A DNA stretch of 64,000 nt from Ptychomitrium polyphyllum (lineage: Eukaryota). The notes beneath the pieces are model-generated. The model was not told the origin of the DNA and searched no databases. It worked only from the letters and a program-made list of their open reading frames with translations. Position numbers and translations under genes: made by a program. Positions 25,137 through 38,700 of this stretch are shown in pieces. How positions within the stretch are numbered: the first letter of the stretch is position 1; the number at the start of each line of letters is the position of its first letter. The stretch is taken from contig OZ316775.1 in NCBI GenBank assembly GCA_973851085.1, positions 15,004,001 through 15,068,000 on the forward strand, written 5' to 3'.

Positions 25137-26021
25137 GCTCAAACTTATTCATTCAAAAACATCAATACTTATATATAGAAACGGTTCTTAAACTCCACTT
25201 TTTGATGCAATTTTCTTGAGACGAAAATGCCTTCATAGAAAACCAAGTTTTTCAAACTACCTTAGGTCCAACATTAACAAAGGTTAAAAGATAAATTTTT
25301 TTAACCACAACAAAAGGTACCTTGCACCCAAAAAGCTAAAAGACCCTGACTTCGCCTTCTACATAAATTAAACGAAAAACAGCGTGGTCTTCCTAGAAGT
25401 TTGGGTTTTCTATTTCAGGCCTAGTCATATTCTCAGCTGGTGCGCATCTAGGTCCAAACATCGTTTTGTTGGTATCTTCACCGGACTCGCACCGGACAAA
25501 AAGGAGACCCGCTCCACATGTTGCAATTTTAATTTTATCTTTTTAGTGTGTCAGTGCACTGTACCGTTACTGTACAGGTAGCCAGGCCCCCCCTGCGGAA
25601 GTCGCGCGACGTCGAGAACTGCCGCAGAGCGACACCTTTTCCGCCGAAGAAGCGCCAACAAGCTCACCGCTGTCTGCACACGGCGCCAGTGGTCAAGGCG
25701 TGTGTCGGTGCGTGGTCGCCCCTCACCAGACCGATGCGCGCCGTCCTCGCCCCAACTGCGCAGTCCGCCACAGTCAGCCCCCCTCCGCCGTCCCACAACC
25801 CTACAACCTCTCTGAGGTGTCCACTCCTGTCCGACCTTCTCTATCCACTAAAATGATCCATACTCTAAAACCTCCCCCACACCCACCACAACCATCGTCT
25901 ACCGTCGCCGTAGATTCTATCACAGCAATTCTACAGAATTCCATAGATATTGCTGCGTTCAATTTCGTGGAACTACCCACTCTCCGCAACGACTCAGGCG
26001 GCAACATCTATGCCCTCGACC

Positions 26022-26370
26022 GATATCACAGGTATATTCATGTAATACTCGTACAATACCTGGAGGATGATATTGAAATACCCGCTCGATACTCGCGTGA
26101 ATCACAATCTCCGTGCGCAGTCAAGCTCAGACAAGGAGTCTCGTCAAGTGAGTTCCCTCTGTTCCCCTCTACCGATACCGTGACCATACCTGTTCAATAC
26201 CTGCATAATACGCGGATGATACTGATGTTATATCCGTGCGTGTGCTCCGCGTGTGCTCTAGCTCTGACCAAGAGGCTCGTTTATGACCATTCCAACCCGA
26301 TACCGTGGTTATATCTAGGTGATACCAGTATGATACCTTGTAGGTACCGACGTTGCACACATATGATACT
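26022..26370. repeat. Three clusters of 11-bp-periodic NATACC-like motifs upstream of RAPTOR
   Basis: Motif starts at 26022/33/44/55/77/88, 26174/85/96/26207/18/29 and 26299/310/321/332/343/365. Confidence 0.7.
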
Positions 26371-27489
26371 AAGGCGGGTGTCACAAGCTGCGCGTGCGCG
26401 CTGTGCTTCTATACTGGCGATGTCGCCACCGGGCGCAAACCCTTGCAAAGCACCCCGCTTTCAGTCGCCGCAGACTCGACCTTTCGATCGTCGGTCGCGC
26501 TCATCGTCGTGAAGCTATATTCTGCTTATCAGCTTTTCCTTCCTTGTTACCTGTTGGTTTTGTCTCTGCCTCTGCGTTTCTACCGCCGCAGGGAAACAGT
26601 GAACTCCAGCTGAGCTTGCACTGGGCTTGCATCCCTTTTGCAGTGAAAGCTTGAGCTCAGAAATTCTTCTCGTTCCGTAGAGTTTTCATGACAGAAAGCT
26701 TTAGTGAGAGGTTTGGTGAGTGGAACGGAATCAGTGGCCGGGTTTTTCATGCTTGCCCTAGAGTTTTCGGATAGGAGACGCGAGTGGCGTGCTTGTGGGT
26801 GTTGAATTCCTTTGTAAAAGTTTGCTTCTTTCGTGGTGGCAGTTGTCAACGACGAGATAGTTAATGGCAGTGTGATTTCATCTTCGTGGTAGTCTGCATT
26901 CCGGCCTCTGTTTCGTCCTCAGCGGAGAGTTTTGTATTGCAGAGAGTAGAGCTTTGACAGTTGCAGTCCTCGGGCGTCGGCTTCCCAGTTGGCTTTATGA
27001 CTATTTGGGCGCTTCTGGGAGACTGTGGATCGTTTTTGTTTGCATTGTGTAATTGAATGGTGCGGGTCTTCTTGCAATCAGCTGGAAGTGTGGTAGTCTA
27101 GACGTATATCTTGGTCTGGGTTATCAATTTTCTCCCAGGTGGGTGGGTGGTTGCAGCTGGGAGCAAGTCGGGATTTTGTTGAGGGGAAGGAGTTGGAGAA
27201 GAGAGGGAAGAGATTGACTGCATTTTGTTTGATGCTGGAACGTGGAGATGTTTGAGCCTCGGGAGTTCCGGACGCTTTGTGGGAAGAGTTCATTTGTGCA
27301 ATGGCGCCCTCCTGATTTCACGGTTCCTCGGGGAGAGTAGTGTGCATTGAATGGAAGTTGCTTAGGCAATTCTAGTGGGCGTTATTGCATTGCGACCATC
27401 TCGAGCGTGGCAGATGCTGGGAATGCTATTGAATGTCCCAAGTGTAGATGCAGAGATGTAATTGATTATGGTGGTTTTAGCAACGGAGA

Positions 27490-30400
27490 ATGGCGTTGGG
27501 AGATGTAGTGCTTTATAGGCAGCGGTCCATGGATAGCATGGGGGAAGGGCACTTTGGTCCACCTGGTTCGCCGCATGGTGATACGACTCCCCCCCAGCGC
27601 ATGGTTGATGATTTAGGTAGAAGGACCCAGGTCGAGGATGCACATCACATTGCACGCGACGACGGCAGGCGCTGTGTCGATGAACCTGGGATGGCTCTCC
27701 TTTCAAATACTTCTTACCTTTGTGACTTGCGTCATGATGCTGATGAAGCCGTTGTTCCTGCGGTTGAACCTGGCGTAGTTTCAGGGTGGAGGATGAAGGA
27801 CAGAGTAAGAAACTACAACTGTTCAATAATTAATTGCATCGTTCGTGCTGATTGCTTACTATGGTTGCAGCTGAACCTCGACGTATTTGTTATTCAGCAT
27901 AATGGAATTGTTGAGGAACAGAGAGTAGCGGCTTACCCTTCCGTGCCTGATTGTAGTAAGATCTAATCAGGTTGGAGGTGTGTAAGACGGTATTGTTAGT
28001 CATGCTATTGCGCCATCAATGTAGGACTATTCCAAAGCACTTCTTAGCGACGATCTTCTGCGTAGCTTTTATTATCTGTCACGTAGAGAGCCTTGCTCCG
28101 ATTTTTATATAGAAGAGGAGGATTTGTTTTTGAGTTTGGTTGTAGTAGCTCTGAGGCTTCCACCAGATTTTAGTCAGTAATGACGTTATGTATGACAGAT
28201 GAAAACAGGATGGGTGGCGTTGTGTGTGTGTTTGAATATTGGGGTGGACCCTCCAGATGTTATCAAGATCTCACCGTGCGCCCGGCTGGAATGCTGGACA
28301 GGTAATTAATATGCTCCACATTTGTTATCCTTGTGAAACGTGTCTCTTTGGTTTAATGCCTGATGCCTGACCATCCTTTAAATCATATGCTTTTTACCGT
28401 TCATTAGCATGCCATTTGCATAGGCTGTTGTTACTTGGAATTTTTGAATTTTGTACATGAACCTGTGCGGAGTTTCAACTTCAGAAGAGCTCCTGCTTCC
28501 ATTGTGATATATCCCTGTTCCTTTGTGATTCCTTTGTGATTACTACTCAATTCAATTTTCGGTTTGCAGATCCATTCTCAAATGCGTCTGTGAAAGCGTT
28601 GGAAGCAATAGGGAAGAATCTGCAAGCGCAGTACGAGCGGTGGCAGCCTAGGGTAAGCACTGTTCTCTGGTATCGGGCTTTTGGAAGTACTGTGAATGTT
28701 ATGTCCATAGTGGAAGATAAACCGTGCTAGTTTTGTTGCTTGCCGTTTCTAGATGATGATGACTGTCTAGCGATCGTGTAATTTTATTACTCAATGCTTG
28801 TGTAATTTTGCTTGCAGGCACGTTACAAGGTTAATTTAGATCCTACCGTTGAAGAGGTCAAAAAGTTATGTTTGAGCTGCCGGAAAAACGCGAAGGGCGA
28901 CAGGGTCCTGTTTCATTATAACGGCCATGGGGTTCCAAAACCAACAATTCATGGGGAAATATGGCTGTTTGATAAGGTTGAGATCCTGCTTACTTTAGTC
29001 CTATTTGCCGATTTAGTTTATTACATCTGGGTTTGTTATTCAATATTTAAAGCTTAAGGTCTCATGTAAGTATCTTTTGACAGTTGGGGACGTTGAAGTA
29101 TCGTTCTTGTGGCCATACTCTGAATTAAGCATGCTTCATCGTATACTAAATGTTTTGAAACAATGTGATAAATATATTGTCTAGTTGGGGCTATCCTTGC
29201 GGGCGATACTGAAGTATTTCCATTGTGCTACTGGCAGAATTTTACTCAGTACATACCACTCTCAGTTCATGAACTGGAATTGTGGCTTGGGAATCCATGC
29301 ATTTACGTGTTTGATTGCTCAGCAGCTGGCATGATTGTAAACGCGTTTTGTGAGGTAAATTGCTCCTGGTTTGGTGCTAAAGAGTTTGTCAGAGATTATT
29401 TCAATTAGTTGAGTGAAACGTGATGCCACGAAAAGTCACATATCCCGTTGGACATGTGGTTGTGTAAATGGTGTCGCCAATTTCGTACGTTTCAACTTGG
29501 GGTTATTTCTCAAGTCATTGTCGTTTCAGTTTGATGATTTCTGGCAGCTTTGCGAGAAATTTTGTGTTGTATTTCCGCTCACTATCCTAGAGACTGATTT
29601 CCTGCATTTTATTGGTTCGTAACAGCGGCCTGAGTGGGGTCCTTGTGGTACATCCTCGAATTTTTCGACTTCCGCAATGAAGGACTGCATAATATTAGCT
29701 GCATGTGGAGCGAATGAAACACTTCCTCAGAGTACGGAGCTGCCAGCTGATGTTTTCACTTCCTGTCTTACAACCCCGATCAAAATCGCTTTAAGATGGT
29801 AACTTTTGTCTGGTACTTGTGGATTCAAGTATTTGAGTTTCATCAAATGTTTTAAGTGGATATCGTTACTTTACCTGAGATGGGTAATTTAATCAAATGA
29901 CGGGTTCTTTTACTCCAATTAACGAAACTCTTATGTACTCGCATGCTTCTTGGTATGTAGTGGTTCTGTCCACTGCTGGATCTGTGTATGGGAGTCAACT
30001 AACGTGTTCCTCTTGTTTCAGGTTCTGTCCACGATCTTTACTACCTTTAGATCCTGAGCTAATAGACCAGATACCTGGGCGTCAAAATGATCGGAGGACT
30101 CCCTTGGGGGAGCTGAATTGGATTTTTACAGCTATAACAGATACAATTGCATGGAATGTGCTTTCGCGAGGTTAGCATTCAAAATGTGAAAAGACATGAT
30201 TTTCACATTGTGTGTTTTTAAAATTTTATTATTGTTATTATTATTTTTTGGTTCTTGTTCCTAATGCTCCTTAATCGATGAACATCATTAATGGCTTAAG
30301 ATATGATTTTTTAGCTCGTTGGTGTTGATATGATCGGTGTAGACTTAGCTAGTATGACCCTTTCACAACTGATACTTTTTTTCCTTGCAATTAATGGCAC

Positions 30401-33400
30401 AGAGCTCTTTCAGCGGTTGTTCCGCCAAGATCTTCTTGTTGCTAGCTTGTTTCGGAATTTCCTGCTGGCTGAACGCATCATGAACTCTGCCAACTGCTGT
30501 CCACAGTCATATCCTCGGCTGCCTCCTACACATCAGCATCCGATGTGGTATGTACGGTAGTTTATTTGCTTTTTAACAGTTTTAGATGTTTATATAATTG
30601 ACAATACTATGGTGGGATGTTTTGGACGTGGAAGATATTACCTTTATCTGCCACTAGAAAGTTGTGTACATCTTTTGCAAGATTAAAGAGAACTGTGATT
30701 GCATTCTTATAGATAGTATACGTTCTGCGAATCTGTTTAAAAATGCTAACGAATATGGGAGATGAAGTAGCTGTACATCGTTGTTTAAACTTTTTTTGAT
30801 TTATTAGATTCTGTACGTTTTTTATGCAGGCATGCGTGGGATATGGCAGCTGAAATTTGTCTTTCACAGTTGCCAACATTATTGAGTGACCCAAATGCTG
30901 ACTTTCAGGTATGCATGTCGACGTGGAAATCTTATTTGATTTAGGCTTACAGTCTTATCTATTAACTGAAGTACTTTTGCTGGTCTTCAGGTTTATGATA
31001 TTAGCTGTTATGGCACACATACTTGTTGAGGTGCTGGTGTCGTATAGAGGTGATTTTAGCATGCAGATTTGTTTTCTTATTTTTTATGCGATGTCTTAAA
31101 CTTTTTAGTTGGATTGCTTAGGCAGTAAACAGTTTCGAGATTAGGATCGTCTAACCAAATCGTTCCCTTGTTGCAGCCAAGCCCTTTCTTTACGGAGCAG
31201 CTGACAGCATTTGAGGTGTGGTTGGAGCACGGTTCTGAAAGGAAGAAGCCACCAGAGCAGCTTCCTATTATTTTGCAGGTATACTGTTGCATGGTACCTG
31301 CCTATCTAAGCAGTGCTCAAGTTGGGTTTTCTTTTGAAATTCAGTTATGGAAAGATGCAGTTTGTGACTTTATGGGCAGATATTACCCTACTTTGTTTAA
31401 GGATACATAATCCGGATTAATTAGATTGCCATTTATCCAAAATTCTGTCAGGGTTTGTGTTCTTTATGTCTGTTTAATGAGTGATGTCTATGGGTGTGGT
31501 TTTACAGGTGTTGTTGGGTCAATCTCATAGATTTCGAGCTTTGCTACTCCTTGGCCGCTTTCTGGATATGGGAGCGTGGGCAGTGGATTTGGTAATGATT
31601 ATCTACTTGATAGTTCTCTTTAAGACCTCACCTCAACTTATCTGCTCAATCAGTCCGAATATGTAAGAAACAGGATGTTATGTCAACGTGTGAATTGATT
31701 TCCTTATAGTTGGAATACTCGTTTGGGCAATTGGCACTGTCCTGTGTTGTATTGACTACTAGGAAGTCAAAGTTGTGTTAACGTGATATTATGTACTTGT
31801 TTGATCAGGCACTTTCTGTAGGGATATTTCCCTATGTTCTGAAGCTGCTGCAAACAACGGCTTCTGATTTACGGCAGATTCTTGTATTTATTTGGACAAA
31901 GATCTTGGCTCTTGACAAGGTATTTTTCTTATTTTTTAAGATTTTAATGATGTCTTGCTTCAGAGCGTTTTTGTTTAGAGTGTCTTAGGCGCATATGCAG
32001 TGCTGATAATTTGCGTTGATTGTGTACCTCAAACCAGAAGTACACTTATTTAGTAATAGGTGGCCATGCTCGCAAAGTTCTCACGCAGTTCTGAAGCGAT
32101 CCCTTGTATGTAGAGAGGAGAGAGGGTGAAAGGTTAGAGTGATCAGTGTCCTTGTGGCCGATTTAAGTACCGGTACTCTGGTTTAAGGCCTTTCGTCATG
32201 TGAAGTATTACATCTTCAGGATCTTGATGCTTTTTGTGCATTTTTGAATTTCTACGATACCTCGTTCACCTACCTAGCGACAAGTGAGAATTCTATAGAG
32301 TACGCGAATATTTTGTGGATCTTTTATATGAATGATCAGTTGTCTAGAACCACTGTGAAGTTACCTAATGCAGGACTTGAATAAAGTCATTGATTTAAAT
32401 TTGAGCTTCCAATGAACGCTCCTAAGAATAGTTTGGTTTCATAAATGGGGTCACCACTTGCTAAATATGGGTGCACATTCCTTACATTTGCAAAGTTGAT
32501 GGTGTTGCAGTCATGCCAAGTTGATCTTGTCAAAGATGGCGGTCACTCGTACTTCATCCATATCCTGGAGAGTTCTGACATCCATGCAGAGCAGCGCGCT
32601 ATGGCTGCATTTGTTCTGGCAGTTATAGTTGATGGCCACCAACATGGTCAGCAAGCCTGTATAGATGCTAGATTAATTAACATTTGTCTCTCACACATAC
32701 AAACAGCCTTAAATTTGCAAGCATCTCCGAATGCTCAACCGCCCGAACCCTTGCTTCTGCAGTGGCTTTGTCTTTGCTTGGCTAAGCTCTGGGATGGAGT
32801 TGCAGAAGGAATAGCTATAGCTCTGGATTTGGATGCACCAGCTATTCTCGGAAAAGTTCTTTCTGAGCCGCAGCCTGAGGTGAGTGCAGACGTTGTTTTT
32901 CATTTGTGTTGTGTAAGTAGTTCTACTGTGTTACTTTGTTGCTGTTGATACCATATCATTTTCACGCAGATTGTTTTGTTTTAAATTTTCACAAACTTGT
33001 GTCTTATAATGGTCATTTTTGTGTACTTATACGAGTCCACTTATATGAGCTGTCGCTATTGTGGGTTTTTTTTTATGTGTGAATATCTGGTGCTCATGTT
33101 CTATTCAGGTTCGTGCTGCGGCTACGTATGCGTTGGGTACTCTTGTGAAGGTTGGATTGGATGGGGGCTCAATGGAAGGAGCTGATGATGATGTGGACGA
33201 AGATACCCTAGCTGCGGAGCAAAAAATTGCAAGTATTTTACTGAAAGTTTTGAGTGATGGAAGTCCTCTTGTCCGAGCTGAGCTTGCAATAGGTGAGAAA
33301 AGGATTTTAAGGTTGTTATTGGAGTCTCCTTAACCACAGTGAGTACCATTTTAGCATTTTCTGCTACTTGGATATCACGTCTGAGTTAGGTGAAAAGTAG

Positions 33401-36400
33401 GTGAAAGCTGAAGCATATTTTATTTCTTAAAAAAAAAGCAAATTTTACTTGGATATCACATCTTCAAATTTTAGAATTTGTGTAGTCCCCAACATTTGAA
33501 TAGTGCTCACTAAGTACAGCAATGCCTTGACTGCAGCATTTTACTTCCTGATTCAGTGACACATCCTTCTGTGTACTGTGTTACTTTGTTCTCCTTTTCT
33601 CTTTCCGGATGTGGCCTTTATGGAACATGAGATGTTGGTCATTAATCGCAAAAGTGGAATTACAGGGATTCAATTAGTTTAGTAATATGTTGGCATTATT
33701 TTGTTCGTCAGTGAAGTTCTCCACTCAATTTCATTCAGCGGAACCTTTTGAATCTGCTGTTTTGTTTACTAATACAAGCAGATGCTGACCAATGTGATTG
33801 TTTCAGCAATGGCACGCGTAGCATCTACCCATAACCGGATGTTGCGACAGGCTGCGGCAGCCTACTTAAAACCTCCGTCGCATACAGCACTTTTGCCAGC
33901 CTACCCAACAGGTCTTAGAAACCCTGGGTATCCTTACCCAATACAACACATATTTGCTAGTTCACATCCAGACGCAGATCAGGGTCTCCAGAGTTCGGAT
34001 GGAGGGACACCCTACCGTCCAGTTATGCGCATTGTCCGTAGCAACGGATCTTTGGGAGGCTCTTTGGTGGGCTCTCCAGGTACTAATCGCTCAGCGTAAC
34101 TTGCTAATCTAAATTGGTACTGGGTTGATGCTTATATCTATTATAGCACAATTTAAATGAGTTCGAGTGTCCTGATAGTATGGCTGTAGGAAAAAGTTGC
34201 AATCCTAAAAATTATATGTCACCACAAAGAATCGTAGTATTATCAACATGTGGGACTATAGTAAGCACAATTCAACCATGTGGCCTGCAGTTCTCTTTGT
34301 GATTGTGCTATGATTTCTATTGGATCACAATATTTTGTTTGACTCCAATTTCTGAAATTATTCTTACTAATACTTGCTCATCGTTGACGACTGGGCTTCA
34401 GGTTCTGCAGGACACTCCCCTTTGTCTGGTAGTCCAGTGCTTGGAGATCCCAGTGGCATTGCTTTCGGTAATGGAGGATCCCGGCTGTGGATACGATCAG
34501 AAGAAGGTAGCTTCTATGTGCAGTGTATTATGGCTGTGTATGCGTTGGCTAGAGATCCATCTCCTCGCGTGGCTAGTCTAGGTAGGAAGGTGTTAAAGAT
34601 TGGTGGACTTGAGTCAGCTCAAGTTGTGGTAGCCTCGAGAGCGAATGGTGGTGTCGTCAATTACCCACGAAATCCACCTGTGGTTGCATTTCCTCCTACT
34701 TCTATGCCTGGCGGAATGCATCGGTCTACTTCTTGGGTGGCATCTTCCTCAGGTTAGCAACTACAAGTACATCTCAAGAGAATTCAGAATTTTTAAACTC
34801 GATATAGAATGTCACATTTCCTTGGCTGGTGTCAGGTTTTAGAATGGACCTTCAATGCCTGAGTTTATTTTTTCCTTACAGGAGCATGGTATAGAATAAC
34901 TTATAATCCCGAGGTCTCATTTTGGACAGGCAATCTTTCAAGCACTTGGCGAATTACAACACCACCTCCCAGCCCTCCCACTCGATCAGCATTTCTTGCG
35001 GGTTCTGCCAGTAGCCTTAGACGTGTGGCATCCATGGATATCTCTGCAGCGTTGAACGGAACTTGGGATGCCTCTAGACTAGCAGTGCGAATTGCTGGTG
35101 ATCTTGGTGCCTATACCTCATCTCCAGTTCGTAACACCCTGATATCTGGTCTAGCTGATGCAGCTGCGATGTTGACTTCTGGACTTTCAGCAATCACTTT
35201 GGAGGCAGGTTCAAGTGGATTTCTGTTGCCAGAATCAACTATTTATACGTGGAGTTGTGGACACTTCTCCCGGCCTTTGCTGGAGACCTCTCATGATGAT
35301 GATGAGGAGATACTAGCCCGTCGGGAAATGAGAGAGAGAGAGGCGCTCAATGGGATCACCAGGTGTCGACATTCAAGTAAGTTTCTATCCGGCAGAACAA
35401 TTCCTAACTGACTAACATTAGTAACACCGCTTTAAAAAACAAACAATAACATCCTTCCGGAATTAGTAATATCTTAGCAAACAATAATACCATTCCGGAA
35501 CCATCTTTCACCATCCAATAATATACGTTATCCTTTCTTCCAAACTTATGTGGCACAAATTCCTTTGGAGGTTCCTGAGTGTATTGAAAGAGGGAATAGA
35601 AGTCGCGTAAAGGTACTAATTGGACCCTGCAAGCACTAATTGGTTGAATTATTTTCTTGTCGGAGTGTAAACATGATTGGCATTCTGTCTCCATGTCAGC
35701 TTGCGAAGAGAGTACTTGGACATCAATGGAATGATTCTATATGGATTCATTGTGAAGCGTCCATAACGAAATCTCTGAAGTCGAACAAGCTCGGTGTCTT
35801 ATTTTTTATTCTTGGATTCTTATTCTCTATAAAAAACTTACAGCCCCGCTCCCTCTTCCAGATCAGTCTGACTTGCTTAGATTAGTTGCGGTTTATGGAT
35901 AAAAATGTCTAGGGCTGGTCTGGCGTTCTCAGGCTTATTGGTGTTTGTCGTATTGGGAGCAGGTGTAAGCAAACTGACCGATCAGATTGGCTGTTGGGAT
36001 ACCGGATCTGAATTTGGAACTAAAGCAGTGCTCCTGCACCCATTCAAACCTCTGGTCTGTATCGCAGAAAACAACGAGAGTATAAGGTACTGTTTCACTC
36101 TGATGGGGTTGGCGTTGGAGCCCTACGATACTTATGATAATTTTCATGTTGACACATATCAGTGATGTATTGCAATTTCTCTACAGGTGTAGCCGTTTCA
36201 TTCAACCGTAGGCTGAAGATCGTGAGCAAAGTGCACGATTTATCGACCTACATTTTGTCATTTGTATATAATATTTCAAAGACACCCTTCTGAAGGTGCT
36301 CTTTTGTATAATTTGTCTGAGACCTAATCTAAGAGCAGACATCAATCTGGAATGTATTTAGTTTAGTGTGTAAAGTATGGTTCAATGGTGTTCCTGCACA

Positions 36401-38700
36401 TGAGCTCTTTCTATGGCATTTACATCAGATGCTCTTGTGCGGTTGATAGCTGCAGTTCTGAGGGTGCCGTAATGGGATTTCTTTTGCAGGATATGGGATT
36501 ATGATGTAGGTGAAGTTGTAAACATCTTTGAGAATCATAGTGCTCCAGATAAAGGAGTCACTAAGCTTTGCTTACTCAATGAGTTGGACGATAGCTTGCT
36601 GCTTGTTGCGTCCAGTAAGTTATTTATGTGCTTGTCATATATTCTAACTATTGTCGCTTGCGATCTTTCGACATTTAGTGAGTCGTTTTGCTGCTTATGA
36701 TGCTTGTTGTTCCCTAGTGATTGGTGATGGCCTGGTGACCTAGCTGCAGAGAATTCAAGAATTGTAAGAGATATCTGCGTTCCTCCAACATATATTTTGC
36801 GATTCAATGTGTAGGTTGGATGTATGTGGATGTTCTCTTTAGCGAGACGTCATTATTCATCAATTTATTTTAGGATCTTGGTGTATTTACCATGATACTA
36901 TCTCTTCATTGTAGGTGATGGAAGTATTAGGGTTTGGAAAGACTACACACAAAGTGACAAGCATCGACTGGCAACATCTTGGCAGGCTGTGCAGGGGCAC
37001 AGACCTGGTGCACGAGGCATCAATGCGGTGGTAGATTGGCAACAAATGACGGGTTGCTTGGTAATGAATCACACCAACTCTTCTATCATCCTATAATACC
37101 TAGTTCCTCCGACTATCAGTTAGTACTATTTTTCATACTGTTTTATAATTACCAGGTACTAGTCAAGAGATAATACACAGAGGGCATATTTCAATTGGAT
37201 CAGTTATGTTTCATATTATCTAGAATCTTTGTTGTGCAGTAATATTTGTTCTGCTTGCAATACAAAGACTAAAACCGTTTGGGTTCGTACCAAAGTCATT
37301 ATTACTTAATCGCAATCGTTGTTCTTTTTGATTTTGCAGTATGCTTCAGGTCAGATCTCCAGTATAATGGTGTGGGATCTTGATCGAGAGCAGCTAGCTT
37401 TCAATATCCCTTCTCATTCAGATAGTTGTGTGTCTGCTATGGTAAGTTTGATGGAACTAGCTACATTAGAGAATTGTTCTATGGTTTTTGAATGAAACAG
37501 GTGTTCACGCTAGAAGTATCTGTTTTAACGTTTTCTTTGGACGACTTGGGCACTCATTTGATCAGTATTATTCATGTGTGTATTTTACGCCTGGGAGTTG
37601 ACTAATTTTCCATGCGGCTTTTATTTACTTTTGTAGACTTGTTTTAATTGCGAATTGTCCCACAGGCTGCTTGTCAGACGCATAATTCTCATGTGATTAC
37701 TGGGTGTGGAGATGGCTCTGTCAAGGTGTATGATATCCGCTCTCAAGAAATGTAAGTGTTCGATATCTAGTGTACCCAATGCATTCAAAAATTTAGAGGA
37801 AGACAAATACCTAACAAATTACATTCTCCACAAAATTTTACAAAGATTGTACTAATATTCATACACATGTGTTTTGACGAAGCCAACACTTCAAGAGATC
37901 GTACAAGTGGGCTGCTTGCCAGTCGTCAGTCATATAGGGTTTTAGTAGCCTTTTACCTAAGTGATGATTCTATCAGTTCTCTATTGATTGCCTTTTCTGT
38001 ACTACTAATTCCCAGTTGATTGTGTATGCAGGCTTGTTTGTTCAATGAAACCACACACTTCAAAAGTTGTGGGTCTTGACTTTCTACCTGGAGCGGATTA
38101 CTCAAAGGTTATTTTTACTCTATCGTATAAGGATGATTTATGATTACGATGTCTATTTGTTTTGTTATTTTGGTTTCCTGGTTGACAGCTTGACTATGCA
38201 TGATTAATAACGTAGTGTTTTTGTGATGCTTGGATACTCCCATTGAGACATCGTATTGGAATCGAGATCCATACCGACGTTGTTGCTCAAAGTGAACTCC
38301 TCACGCCTATACGCCCCGCATTTTCCTGATGCCTTTCTATTTAATGGAAGTCATGTGCTCTATGCAGATCATTTCAGCATCGCAGGCTGGGGATCTGAAG
38401 ATGCTAGACATGAGAAATAGCTCAACACCCTATATGGAGGTGGAGGCACATAAGGGGAGCTTGACCTCCATAGCTGTTCATCGGTATGCCCCTGTGATCG
38501 CCACAGGGTCTGGCAAGCAATCAATCAAAATTTTCAGCACGAGTGGGGAGCAGCTGAGTATGGTTCGTTATCACAACAGCTTTTTGGGCCAAAGAATCGG
38601 TTCTGTTACTTCCTTGCACTTCCACTCTTACAACGTGTTGCTGGCTGCGGGAGCAAATGATTCCGTGGTTTCCATCTATGCCGGTGAAAGTGCTCCGTGA
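27490..38700 (+). CDS. RAPTOR: Regulatory-associated protein of TOR, 24 coding exons: 27490-27804, 28199-28301, 28570-28652, 28818-28976, 29238-29354, 29626-29798, 30022-30170, 30403-30547, 30830-30908, 31177-31278, 31508-31591, 31809-31919, 32511-32879, 33109-33292, 33807-34079, 34402-34752, 34882-35376, 35963-36086, 36490-36614, 36915-37060, 37340-37441, 37666-37751, 38032-38107, 38368-38700
   Basis: RNC-domain motifs [70 protein letters not shown] and PPEQLPI. HEAT region [14 protein letters not shown]-terminal WD40 repeats ending [17 protein letters not shown]. Canonical GT-AG junctions. Confidence 0.97.

Noticed and set aside
25700..26512. 270-aa ORF upstream of RAPTOR
   Set aside because: GTG start, no domain, and it lies in a GC-rich promoter-like region where open frames arise by chance.
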